DNA from: a virus
IMG/VR virus record: IMGVR_UViG_3300039405_000004
Length of the DNA: 64,000 nt
Strand: one strand, 5' to 3'
Part shown: positions 37,350 to 46,557 of the stretch, piece after piece
How positions within the stretch are numbered: the stretch's first letter is position 1
Layout: each line of letters opens with the position of its first letter
Notes under the pieces: model-generated
Database searches by the model: none
What the model was told of the DNA's origin: nothing
Seen by the model: only the letters and a program-made list of their open reading frames with translations
Program-made: the position numbers and the translations under genes

Positions 37350-38862
37350 CCGGGTCCGCTTCCGGCGCGGGCGCCTCGGTCGAGGCCGCGTCGATGTCCT
37401 CGTCGGTGATCTGCGTGAACACGCCCGTGCTGTCGCCCATCTCGCGCAGCTCGCGAAGGACGATGTCACTTGGCAGGGCCGGCTCGGCGGTCATGATGGC
37501 CTGCGTGCGCTTCAGAGCGACGTCGGCCTTCTCGGCCTCGCTCATCTGCCACAGCGGCTCGAACTCGAACCCGATGTCCTCGTCGATGTCGCCGAACTCG
37601 GAGAGCTGCACGAAGCCGATCACGCGCTTCAGGTTCTCGCCGAACAGCTTTTCCTGATAGGCGTGGATGAAGTCGTAGAAGACCCGGACCTCACCGTCCG
37701 AGGAGGCGTTCAGTCCGGAAGGCGTGACGCCGAGCAGCTTGACGAGCGGGATGCCGCAGACGCTCGCGATCTGCTCCTGGGCCTGGGCCTGGAGCTTGTC
37801 GAGCGTGCCGAGCGGCGTCGAGACGTTGAAGAACTCCTCGCCCGTGTTGAGGGCCATGAACCCGCGGTTGTCCCGCATGTTCACGAACAGGTCTACGCGG
37901 TTCTGCAGGTCGGCCGTACCGCCGGATCCAAGCATGGTCGCGAGGTCCATGCCCTTGACGCCACTCACCGAAAACGCGGCGATCAGGTCCGAGACGTCCT
38001 CACGGGTGCGCAGCCAGTTCGCGACGTAGGGCTGGGCCATCTGCGTCATGGCGAGGCCGCCGAACGCGTAGGCCGACTTGAGCAGGTCCGGCACCTCACG
38101 GCCGACGAACGTCAGCAGCCGCGAGCGGTGGATGGTCTTGCCCTGAACGTGCCAGGTCTGCGGAACGTACCAGTCCGCGTCCAGCGGGTTGATCGTGTTG
38201 TAGCTCTGCGGGTAGGCCCACACGGCCTCGACCGGCTGCAGACGCAGGAGCTTGTCCTTGCGAACCTTCTGACGGCTGGCGGCATCCCGCCCGTTGCCGA
38301 TCGGCGCCATCAGTTCGTCGCCGACCTGGTCGCCGTCCAAGGCGATGTAGAGGTGCCCACGACCGAAGAACCCGTCGCCCTCCGCGACCTTGCGGAAGGC
38401 GTCTCGCACGTTCAGGCGCTCAAGAGCGTCGGCCAGCAGATCGATGCGGTCCTGGGTCTTCTCATCGCCCTTGCGGTTGACGAGGCGGATCCACTTCCGC
38501 GTCATCTCGGTGGCGATCGTCTCTACGATGCGCCGGTACTCGGGACGCTGGGCCATCGCCGACAGGGTCGGGTAGCCGAGGAAGTGCTGCCCCTCAATCG
38601 CGGCGTCGATCTGGCCGGCGGCGAGGACCTGAGCAGCCCACTGCCCCGTGGCCGACAGTGCGTCGTCCTGAGCTAGGCTGACAGCCGGCGTGGCACTCTT
38701 CGGAAACGCCGGCAACGCGAACGGGTCGACCTTCGCGGGCTTCGGCTTGGCGAACAGCGCCACATGCTCCCGCGTGATCTTGAGCGGGGCGTTGGTCTCC
38801 AGCTTCTGTGTCGTGGCGGCGTTGACCCGGGCTCGGGCTCGCCGCATGGCGCGCTTGGTCAT
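37267..38862 (-). CDS. Portal protein (DUF1073-like)
   Basis: FLGYPTLS.MAQRPEYR...IPLVKLLG.TPSGLNASSDGE. Confidence 0.88.
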   Translation of the reverse strand: MTKRAMRRARARVNAATTQKLETNAPLKITREHVALFAKPKPAKVDPFALPAFPKSATPAVSLAQDDALSATGQWAAQVLAAGQIDAAIEGQHFLGYPTLSAMAQRPEYRRIVETIATEMTRKWIRLVNRKGDEKTQDRIDLLADALERLNVRDAFRKVAEGDGFFGRGHLYIALDGDQVGDELMAPIGNGRDAASRQKVRKDKLLRLQPVEAVWAYPQSYNTINPLDADWYVPQTWHVQGKTIHRSRLLTFVGREVPDLLKSAYAFGGLAMTQMAQPYVANWLRTREDVSDLIAAFSVSGVKGMDLATMLGSGGTADLQNRVDLFVNMRDNRGFMALNTGEEFFNVSTPLGTLDKLQAQAQEQIASVCGIPLVKLLGVTPSGLNASSDGEVRVFYDFIHAYQEKLFGENLKRVIGFVQLSEFGDIDEDIGFEFEPLWQMSEAEKADVALKRTQAIMTAEPALPSDIVLRELREMGDSTGVFTQITDEDIDAASTEAPAPEADPDADQPDGAEPLPDRSDDLLPELPQAAE

Positions 38863-40556
38863 CAGCCGTAGCGGCGACGCGGGCCACCAAAAGCGGCCGC
38901 CTGAGATGCAGAGACGACGAGCGGCTTAGGCCCGACAACCGGCCAGAAGGCCATCATGACCGCATCAGCGAGGTTCGGAGAGCGGGTGCCTTCCGGCGCT
39001 TTGTCTACGATGAGCCGCATCCGTCCGTCCTTGCGTGATGTCGGCTGGCTCAGCTCCTTCTCAAGCTGCCGGAGCAAGGGCAGATCGGAGGGCAGCGAAA
39101 TCAACTCATCCGCCTTCCACGTGAAGGACGGGTCCGTGCGGGCGCGCCACGTGCGCTCAAACCGGCGCCGCAACTGCCACCAGCCCTGCGCCTTTAGGTT
39201 GCCGTAGAAGTCCTTGTTCAGCGGCGCGGGCGGCTGTCCTGGCCGCGTCGGCTCAATCGGCTCATCCGGGTTGAGTGCGCTCTCGGCCGCATTCCAGGGC
39301 GTGAGTCGGATCCCAGCCGGCATAAGCCGCTCATCCGCCAGCCGGTTGGTCTCGCCCTTGATGCCAGCCCCAATGCCGATGCTGTCGTACTGCAGCTCGA
39401 CGTCGTAGCCCTCGCAGGCCTCAAGAGCCCGTCGAGCGGTGATCGCGGTGTCGCGCTCGCCCCATTCCTTTACGGACTTGAGGATGACGCCCTTGCGCAT
39501 CGCCAGCGCGTTCCGGTCGCCGCCCTCATCCGCCACGTCGAGCGCCGCAACCCAGCCACCGACATCATCGAAGCCAAGGATTTCGTGGGCGTTGATCGCG
39601 GCCCTCACCCATTCGTGCGGGATGATGACGCCCTCGACCGAGGCTGCGTAGTTCCTGTCCACCTCTTGTGCGAAGACGTGCAAGAGGCCATCGTCCTTGG
39701 CCTTCTCTCGCCTTGCGTCGTACCATTCCTGTGACTTGGCCGGGTGATCGCGCCAGTCCATCACGAAAACGTTGGTCTTGCCTTTGGCAATCGGACCGCC
39801 GGTCCATTCGACGCCAGCCTCGCGTCGCCGATGGAAGACGTTGCCGAGACCGTTCACCGACGAGATGTCCACCTGAACGCGGGTGTTGTCTGCGAGCGCA
39901 GCTTCGATCTTCTCGGGCCGCTCGTAGTGGGCGCTCTCGTCCTTGAAGTAGATGAGCTTTCGACCGCCGCGGCCGATGTTGTCGCCAGCCTCGCCCGTGA
40001 TGCTGGCCCCGTTCTCAGGGTTCACCAGCCTCATGTAGGTCATGTGGTCGTCGGGCTTGAACCCGACCGGCCAGAACTCCCGAGGCAGCCCCCGAACAAT
40101 GATCCGCATCTTCTCAAAGATGCTGTCGGCGTCGCCGATCCTGTCGACCAACTGCTCCTTGCGGGAGCCCCATCCGACTGCAGCGCCGGGCCAGAACAGC
40201 CACAGCCAGACCGAGAAGGCGCAGCAAAGCCACGTCAGGCCAACGTCGCGGGCCTTCTCGACCAGTCCGCTCTCCTCGGCCTCAATAAGCCCCTGAAGGA
40301 ACCTGACGCACTCGGCCTGCCGGGGGAACAGGATGAAGGGCATCCGCGCCGGTAGGTCCGTGCCCGACACGCGCGGGTCGTAGGTCGTACACCAGTGGTT
40401 GATGAACTCGACGGGGCGGGTTCGGTAGAACTCCTTGGCTCCGGCAGCCATCTCCGGCTTGGAGCGAAGCTTCTGAACCTGCCCTTGGCGCCAAGCGAAA
40501 GCCTCGACGTAATTCGGAGGCCAGCTACTCGCCGCTGTCGTTGAGGGTGGCGGCAT
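38862..40556 (-). CDS. terL: Terminase large subunit
   Basis: Walker A-like GLVEKARDVG; YFKDE Walker B; nuclease LDVADEGGD and SPNLADA. Confidence 0.9.
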   Translation of the reverse strand: MPPPSTTAASSWPPNYVEAFAWRQGQVQKLRSKPEMAAGAKEFYRTRPVEFINHWCTTYDPRVSGTDLPARMPFILFPRQAECVRFLQGLIEAEESGLVEKARDVGLTWLCCAFSVWLWLFWPGAAVGWGSRKEQLVDRIGDADSIFEKMRIIVRGLPREFWPVGFKPDDHMTYMRLVNPENGASITGEAGDNIGRGGRKLIYFKDESAHYERPEKIEAALADNTRVQVDISSVNGLGNVFHRRREAGVEWTGGPIAKGKTNVFVMDWRDHPAKSQEWYDARREKAKDDGLLHVFAQEVDRNYAASVEGVIIPHEWVRAAINAHEILGFDDVGGWVAALDVADEGGDRNALAMRKGVILKSVKEWGERDTAITARRALEACEGYDVELQYDSIGIGAGIKGETNRLADERLMPAGIRLTPWNAAESALNPDEPIEPTRPGQPPAPLNKDFYGNLKAQGWWQLRRRFERTWRARTDPSFTWKADELISLPSDLPLLRQLEKELSQPTSRKDGRMRLIVDKAPEGTRSPNLADAVMMAFWPVVGPKPLVVSASQAAAFGGPRRRYG

Positions 40557-41118
40557 AGGCTTCCGCCGCTTCCTTCGGTGTCATACCAGTCGTGATCGTC
40601 TGGATGGGCTTGCCGCCTGGTCCCGAGTGCTCCAAGCGCTGCGCCACGCCAAGGTGCCGGCCCATCTCCTGGAGGGCGGCCACCTTGTTGTGCATCTTGA
40701 CCTTCAGCGCGCCGTCCTTGGTCTGACTGATCTCAGCAATGGCAGCCGCCGCATCATGGTCTATGATGTCGCTGCCGATCAGCTCGACCTCATTGAACGA
40801 GCGCGTCTCGGGGGTGCCGTCCTCGTCTTCTCGACCAGTCTCAGCCGTGTTGGCTCGCCACGCCACGACGCTTCGGATGTCACCAAAGCCGATGCGGGCA
40901 AGCTCAGTCAGAACGCGATCTGCGGTCACTCGCGTGCGGACGGAGCGCTGCTCCATCGCATCCGCAATCGCCTTGCCGACACCAACATTTGCCAACAGGC
41001 GCGACCCCTGCTGGTTGGCTGTATCGGGGCTGTAGCCGGCCCTTGTCGCGGCCTGAGTTGCGTTCAGGTCGATCAGGTACTCGTCAACGAACCGCTGCTG
41101 TTGCGGTGTAAGGGCCAT
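40525..41118 (-). CDS. terS: Terminase small subunit
   Basis: LTPQQQRFVDEYLIDLNATQAATRAGYS. Confidence 0.92.
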   Translation of the reverse strand: MALTPQQQRFVDEYLIDLNATQAATRAGYSPDTANQQGSRLLANVGVGKAIADAMEQRSVRTRVTADRVLTELARIGFGDIRSVVAWRANTAETGREDEDGTPETRSFNEVELIGSDIIDHDAAAAIAEISQTKDGALKVKMHNKVAALQEMGRHLGVAQRLEHSGPGGKPIQTITTGMTPKEAAEAYAATLNDSGE

Positions 41119-41121
41119 GCA

Positions 41122-41538
41122 TCACCGCTTGCGCTTCGTCGCAGCCGCATCCTCCGAGGAGGCATCGGCGTCGGACGGCGGGACGTAGTCGCCCGTGCTC
41201 TCGGTCGAAGCCGGCATGTCGCTGGACGAGGCAGGAGCGGCCGCGGCGGTCTCAGCCGAGGGCGAGATAGCGGCAGGAGCCGGATCGGCCTCAGCGGGCT
41301 TCTCTGCGTCTTCTATGGGCATCTCACCCGTCGCCATGACGGTGGCGGTCTGGACGATGGCGTCGAGAGAGGTGCGGAGGTCGGACAGGAGCGGCATGGC
41401 GGCGGCCAGCTTCTCCTTAACCGTGCCCATGTCGGGGGCGGCATTCGCCTCGGCGAGGAGGTCTAGGCCCTTGGCGTGCTGCTCGGCGACATTGGCGCAG
41501 AGGCGGCTGAGGGCGATCTTGTGAGCGTCCTGCGACAT
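41122..41538 (-). CDS. Hypothetical protein
   Basis: GGAG RBS; Ala/Pro-rich tail. Confidence 0.6.
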   Translation of the reverse strand: MSQDAHKIALSRLCANVAEQHAKGLDLLAEANAAPDMGTVKEKLAAAMPLLSDLRTSLDAIVQTATVMATGEMPIEDAEKPAEADPAPAAISPSAETAAAAPASSSDMPASTESTGDYVPPSDADASSEDAAATKRKR

Positions 41539-41554
41539 GGAGGGCTCCTGTGTG

Positions 41555-41932
41555 TCAGAGCGCGTCGATACGCTGGGCGAGGATGCCGTCAGCACGGGCG
41601 AGGTCTTTCAGTGCCTTGCGCGCCGGCTCGGCGTTGAAGCTGAGCTTAGCGATCACCGTGTCACCCTCTCGGCGCACGTCGGCGATCACGCAGCCTTCAG
41701 CGAACGCTTCCCTGAGAACGAGTTCAAGCTTGGACGGTTGAACTGCCCAGCGAGGGTCGCGGACATCGCCAGCCGGAACGAAGAACGACCCGCCCACGCC
41801 TTGCTCGCGCTGGGCCATATGCTGCTGGTCGCTCTGAACCGTGGGCTGTGTGGCTCGGCGAGGGCCAGCGGCAGCCGCACGGGCGATGCGAGCATGGCTC
41901 AGAGAGAGGAGCGTGTCGGTGGGATGCATCAC
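41555..41932 (-). CDS. Hypothetical protein
   Basis: Operon position. Confidence 0.5.
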   Translation of the reverse strand: MMHPTDTLLSLSHARIARAAAAGPRRATQPTVQSDQQHMAQREQGVGGSFFVPAGDVRDPRWAVQPSKLELVLREAFAEGCVIADVRREGDTVIAKLSFNAEPARKALKDLARADGILAQRIDAL

Positions 41933-42016
41933 CGTGCTCCCATCATCAGGTCAAAGCCTGCGCAGATCCAGCCGGCGGTGAAGAGGCTCGGCAGCATCAG
42001 CCAGGTCAGGACGGCG

Positions 42017-42214
42017 TCAGGGCTCGCCATCGGCGCCAAGCCTCGTATCGGCTCCATCCATCGTGATCTGCACACGGATGCCCAGGGCTTTTAGAGCACG
42101 CAGATTGCTGACCAAGTCGACGAGCGGCGCTAGCGACTCTCGGGCTTTGGCTAGTCCCTCATGGTCAACGTCAATGCCGAGCTTGACGACCATTTCCTTG
42201 ACGGTATCGGCCAT
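42017..42214 (-). CDS. Hypothetical protein
   Basis: TAATG coupling. Confidence 0.55.
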   Translation of the reverse strand: MADTVKEMVVKLGIDVDHEGLAKARESLAPLVDLVSNLRALKALGIRVQITMDGADTRLGADGEP

Positions 42215-42360
42215 TACACCCGCCCCTCAGCCTCAGCCATCACCCGGCGCCGAATGCCGGCTAGCTCAATCTCTCCGGATGTGTCTTCGTCCCAGTCCTC
42301 GGGGAGGAGGTCGTCGGGATCACGGTCCAGGTGGACGTCGGAGAGATCATCGAAGTCCAC
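42214..42360 (-). CDS. Very acidic 48 aa peptide
   Basis: GTG start; MDFDDLSDVHLDRDPDDLLPEDWDED...; coupled to the next gene. Confidence 0.45.
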   Translation of the reverse strand: MDFDDLSDVHLDRDPDDLLPEDWDEDTSGEIELAGIRRRVMAEAEGRV

Positions 42361-42363
42361 GGG

Positions 42364-42585
42364 TCAGGCGCCCCCGCTCGTGATGGCGTCCATCGCAACC
42401 TTCAATCCGGCATAGCCATGGAGATGAGCGCTGATTGCCGCCTCTAATCGCTTACGGGCTTCGCTGGCGGCTTTCTCGGCTTCGGCTGAGGATACGGAGC
42501 CAATTCCCATCCGACCCGCCCTGAGGGCCCGCGTATGGAAAATGTCGATTGCCGCCGTGATGTCGGCCGGGATGGTCTCGGGCAT
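42364..42585 (-). CDS. Hypothetical protein, first late gene
   Basis: 73 aa helical ORF. Confidence 0.45.
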   Translation of the reverse strand: MPETIPADITAAIDIFHTRALRAGRMGIGSVSSAEAEKAASEARKRLEAAISAHLHGYAGLKVAMDAITSGGA

Positions 42586-42889
42586 GAGAAGATAGCGCCT
42601 GCCAGAAACGGCTTGCCGGGGCCGGCACAGCCCCCGCGGGGTGAAGCCCCGACGCACCCGTATCTGGCACTACGTCCAGCCGTAATGCGAGGTTAGCTTC
42701 GATGCAGGCTCACTTGAGAGCGAGCGGGCCAATCCTCTGCATCGAACTGATTGCCCGAACGCTCGGCGCTCAATGGCGGAATTTTGAGACAACAACCCTG
42801 TCGCCTCGATCGCCTTTGATCGTGGGCCGGGGTCCGAAGTGGGCCAGACTGCCGTAGCTGTCGCCGCGGTTCGGATGTGTCCTGCGTGC

Positions 42890-42917
42890 CTAGATACACG
42901 AACGATAGGTTTTGTCA
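42890..42917 (-). promoter_or_regulatory. Putative late promoter
   Basis: TTGACA followed about 16 nt later by TATCTA, just downstream of the NusG-like gene. Confidence 0.55.
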
Positions 42918-42923
42918 ATCGTT

Positions 42924-43619
42924 CTAGGCCGCCTCAATAGCATTTTCCTCAAGCCACATCGGCGTGATCCGGCCGAAGATGTCGACGCCGACCTTCGTGC
43001 GGCCGGTCCGCTCGTCGTGCTCCTCGACCGTGCCATGGAACGAGGCGAACGGCCCATCCTTCACCCGGACGCTGCCGCCGATCTCGAACAAGACCTTGCG
43101 AGCCGCATCGTCGTCGCCACCGACGCCCGTGATGCAGTCGGCGAAGTTCTGCAGGTCCTCGGCCGAGATGACCATATGACCGCCGCCAGGGCGCTGCACG
43201 ACGCCGGAGCGGCCATAGCCCGTGGCGTCGTCGTACACGCCGGGATGGCTCTCGACGTGCCGCAGCTCGCGCCAATCCAGCACGCCGACGAAGATGACCC
43301 GGCGCAGGACGGGGATCAGAGCCAGCCGAACCTTGCCGATGTCGGAAACCAGCCGGATCGCCTCACGCGCCTCAAACACAGGCGTGCCGGAAGCGGTGAT
43401 CTGCTCGGCGGCCTTCGTCGCCCAGCGCGGCAGCGTGCGGATGACGTACCACGTGCGGGTGGGATCGACCTCAAACCGCTCTTGGCGCTCCCTGGCGGCC
43501 ATGTAGGCGCCGGCTCGCACCGACTGCATGTTGACCGCCACCGTCCGCCTGACGGCCTTCTTCCGCGAACGCTCGCGGGCCTTCTCGCGACGGAGGGCTC
43601 GACGCTGCTTGTTGGTCAC
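42924..43619 (-). CDS. NusG/RfaH-like transcription antiterminator
   Basis: NGN WYVIRT...; KOW motif GGSVRVKDGPFASFHGTV...VDIFGRITP. Confidence 0.85.
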   Translation of the reverse strand: MTNKQRRALRREKARERSRKKAVRRTVAVNMQSVRAGAYMAARERQERFEVDPTRTWYVIRTLPRWATKAAEQITASGTPVFEAREAIRLVSDIGKVRLALIPVLRRVIFVGVLDWRELRHVESHPGVYDDATGYGRSGVVQRPGGGHMVISAEDLQNFADCITGVGGDDDAARKVLFEIGGSVRVKDGPFASFHGTVEEHDERTGRTKVGVDIFGRITPMWLEENAIEAA

Positions 43620-43686
43620 GCTTCCACTCCATCCGTCTGTTCAGATTTCGCTTTGGCTTCGGCTTGTTTAAGGGTGGAGAGAGCCA

Positions 43687-44625
43687 TCATGCCGCCCTCG
43701 CTCTGGCCGGATGGATGTTCATCTCGGCGAGGATGTGCCTAGGCACTGCCGTCCGCGGGTCATCCGGCTGGGGCGTGAGCTGCGCCAGAGGCCAGTAACC
43801 GCCACGCCCCTTCCACAGCTTGACCTCTTCCCGCCAGCGCTCATCCGAAAGCGTCGCGAGGTAGCTGGCATCGCCTCGCTCACGAGGCCTCTGCGGTTCA
43901 GCTTGCCGGGCATAGTGCTCCCACAGCCGATCCCGCGGGCTGAGCCAGAACTGAGCCTGCTTGACGTAGCCCGTGCCGATGTTGCCCTTGCGCTTCATCT
44001 CGGCGGCGTAGGCGCGCACAGCCCGCAGTAGGGTTTCCGGGGTGGCGCCTGCCTTCAGCGCAGAAGCATATCGCTGAGCCGCTGGCTGCTCGGGGTTCGC
44101 GCCGTCACGCTTAGGGTACTCAGCCCAGAACTGATCAAAGCCGTCAGGCTTCGCATCCTTCGCCCCCTTAGGGGGTAAGGGGGTATTATCTTCTCTTCTC
44201 TTCTCTTTTAGGCTTGAAAGGCTTTCAAGCGCCGCTTGAGGCGCTTCGTTATTTATCAATGGGTTAGCAGGCGAGTTCTCGTTGTTTTCTCGTGCTTTTT
44301 CACGGTCGGCGCGAGTTTTTCCACCTTTTCCAGCATTTTCTCGATTTTTCATGACGAATGCGAGTTCGCGTCCGGCCCTCGCATTGGTGATCTGGTTGCC
44401 CACGACGGTCAGTTTCCCGGCCACCAGAAGCTCATCTAACGCCCGCTGAAACGTGCGAAGCGTCTGGTTGCAGCGGCCGGCAATCCCGCGGTCGTTGCGC
44501 GTGATTGGCCCCTCATTCAGCATGATGAGCTGCACCACGACGTGGTAGGCGCGATAGGCCGCGTCGCTCAGCGCCTCGGTGCCATCCATCCACGCCGGGA
44601 TATCGTGCTTGTAGAACCCGACCAT
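43687..44625 (-). CDS. Replication initiator (DUF1376/YdaU-like N-terminus)
   Basis: FYKHDIPAWMDGT..LS...AY; FDQFWAEYPKR; adjacent to DnaB. Confidence 0.8.
   Translation of the reverse strand: MVGFYKHDIPAWMDGTEALSDAAYRAYHVVVQLIMLNEGPITRNDRGIAGRCNQTLRTFQRALDELLVAGKLTVVGNQITNARAGRELAFVMKNRENAGKGGKTRADREKARENNENSPANPLINNEAPQAALESLSSLKEKRREDNTPLPPKGAKDAKPDGFDQFWAEYPKRDGANPEQPAAQRYASALKAGATPETLLRAVRAYAAEMKRKGNIGTGYVKQAQFWLSPRDRLWEHYARQAEPQRPRERGDASYLATLSDERWREEVKLWKGRGGYWPLAQLTPQPDDPRTAVPRHILAEMNIHPARARAA
44280..44352. other. Phased A-tracts inside the initiator gene, candidate replication origin
   Basis: Six GAAAA(A) tracts at roughly helical spacing on the minus strand. Confidence 0.4.
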
Positions 44626-46034
44626 CAGGCGATCTCCGACAAGACGTTGCAGGCGACATCGCAGAAGCATTCGATGCGCTCGGTCGGGCCGCCGCGCTGC
44701 TTCAGGATCTCAAGCTCAAGCACGTTACGAACGCGGGCGAGCCGGTCGTACTCTTCAGGCGTGAGGTCCACGCCGTGCTCAAGGTAATAGGCTTCGCGGA
44801 ACAGGCCGATGACCACGTCGGCGTCCTGCTCCACTGAACCGCTGTCGCGAAGGTCGGCGAGCTTCGGGCGCTTATCGTCCCGGTTCTCAAGCGAGCGGTT
44901 AAGCTGCGACAGCGCGAGGACCGGAACCCCGAACTCCTTCGCCATGCCCTTGAGGGAGCCGGTGATCTCGGTCAGCTCCTGCACCCGATTGCCCGAGTAG
45001 CGCTTCGAAGCCTTGATCAGGCCGATGTGGTCGATGACGATGAGGCCGAGAAAGTGGCCCTGCCGCTCAAGGCGCAGGCGATACTGACGCACGCGCGCCG
45101 CGATCTGGGCGACGGAGAGGCCGGGCTGCTGCTCAATTTCGAACGGCAGCGTGTCCAGCAATCGCTGGGCGTCGACCAGCCGCTGAAGGCCGCGGTCGGA
45201 GATCTCGCGGCCCTGAGCAATGGCGCGGTAGGTGAGATAGTCGTTGGCGCGCGGATCATAGGCGCAGGCCGCGAGCGCACGCTCCGAAAGCTCTTTGGCA
45301 TCCATCTCAAGCGAGATGAAGCAGACGCCGAAGCCCGCGCGGGCGGCCGAGAGGCCGAAGTGGACGCCGGCCGTGGTCTTACCCATGCCGGGCCGACCAG
45401 CCAGGATAATGAGCTGGTTCTCGCGCATGCCTAGCGTGGCGTGATCCAGCTTCGGTAGGCCATACGGGGCGCCGAGCTTCACGCGGCCGGCGCGAGCTTC
45501 CTGAACCCGCTCAATGACGCCGAGGGCGCTGCGGCCGATGGCGACGCGGCGCATGTGATCCGGCATCGCGGCAGTTGCGATCTCGTCCAGATCCTCGATC
45601 ATCTGGGCGGCGTAGCCAGCCGGGTCGGCGACACCGCCCGCCGACATGGCGGCCTGCGCAGCAATCGCGGTCTCAAAGAGCCGGCGCATGCGCGACGCTT
45701 CGCGAACGGCCTTTGCGTAGGACGGGGCGTTGATCACCGTCGTGGCTTCCGTCGCCAGACGACCGAGGTACTGGCCGACCGTTTCGCCTCCGAGATCGCG
45801 GTTGCCGAGGATCGTCGTCAGAAGCCGGAAATCGACGTGCTCGCCGGCATCCCGGCGACCGCACATGGCCTCGTAGAGCCAGCCATTGACCTCGCTGTAG
45901 AAGTCAGACGGCTCGACGATGTGGCGCACGCCGTCGATCGCGGCTGGATTGTGCAGGATCGCCCCAAGCAGCGAGGCCTCCGCGCCAAGGGCCTGCGGAC
46001 GCTCAACCTGATCCTGCGGCGCACCCGTGTTCAT
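44625..46034 (-). CDS. dnaB: DnaB-like replicative helicase
   Basis: LAGRPGMGKTT, SLEM, IVIDHIGL, LSQLNR, DLRDSGSVEQDAD. Confidence 0.95.
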   Translation of the reverse strand: MNTGAPQDQVERPQALGAEASLLGAILHNPAAIDGVRHIVEPSDFYSEVNGWLYEAMCGRRDAGEHVDFRLLTTILGNRDLGGETVGQYLGRLATEATTVINAPSYAKAVREASRMRRLFETAIAAQAAMSAGGVADPAGYAAQMIEDLDEIATAAMPDHMRRVAIGRSALGVIERVQEARAGRVKLGAPYGLPKLDHATLGMRENQLIILAGRPGMGKTTAGVHFGLSAARAGFGVCFISLEMDAKELSERALAACAYDPRANDYLTYRAIAQGREISDRGLQRLVDAQRLLDTLPFEIEQQPGLSVAQIAARVRQYRLRLERQGHFLGLIVIDHIGLIKASKRYSGNRVQELTEITGSLKGMAKEFGVPVLALSQLNRSLENRDDKRPKLADLRDSGSVEQDADVVIGLFREAYYLEHGVDLTPEEYDRLARVRNVLELEILKQRGGPTERIECFCDVACNVLSEIA

Positions 46035-46246
46035 GCGCGCCGCCCGAACGTCGTTACAGTGGCACCCATGAACTCATTCTGGGCCGGGGTCTGATACAGT
46101 TCGAGGAAGGCGCACCAAGCGCGAGCGGCGCGCCGACCATCTTCGATCTGGTGCGTCCGATCCGCGAGGTTCCGGGCGGCCACGTAGGCATCCCAGGCTT
46201 CGGTCTCGCGACGCTCGCGCTCAGAGTTAAGGTTAACCACGCTCAT
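46031..46246 (-). CDS. Hypothetical protein
   Basis: Coupled ORF. Confidence 0.55.
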   Translation of the reverse strand: MSVVNLNSERERRETEAWDAYVAARNLADRTHQIEDGRRAARAWCAFLELYQTPAQNEFMGATVTTFGRRA

Positions 46247-46557
46247 GCGGCTCTCCCAAACAGGTCGAGGGTTGCGGTATCGTCGCTGGGCTTGGCGGGA
46301 GGAGACGGGCAGTCGCGACGAGCGATCTCAGCCTCGGCCGCGCTCTGGCAGAAGGCGTCGGCACAGCTCCACACGCCATCGTCCTTCAGACTGACGTCAA
46401 AGCCATAGCAGGCGCTCTGTCCGCAGAAGGCGCACCAGCGCTCTAGACGGGAACGGGCTTGGTGCTCTTGGTGCCAGCCGGCGTCCGTGAGGCGGGAGCA
46501 GTCGAAGAACAAGCCGGCTTTACCCGGGTAAGAGTGATCAGCTTCCATCGCCATCAC
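46243..46557 (-). CDS. Cys-rich hypothetical protein
   Basis: CAFCG...WSC...C. Confidence 0.55.
   Translation of the reverse strand: MMAMEADHSYPGKAGLFFDCSRLTDAGWHQEHQARSRLERWCAFCGQSACYGFDVSLKDDGVWSCADAFCQSAAEAEIARRDCPSPPAKPSDDTATLDLFGRAA

Noticed and set aside
28289-37469. Long + strand ORFs opposite structural genes (e.g. 28289-29722, 35117-36778)
   Set aside because: Antisense shadow frames caused by high GC3; no RBS or protein-like motifs
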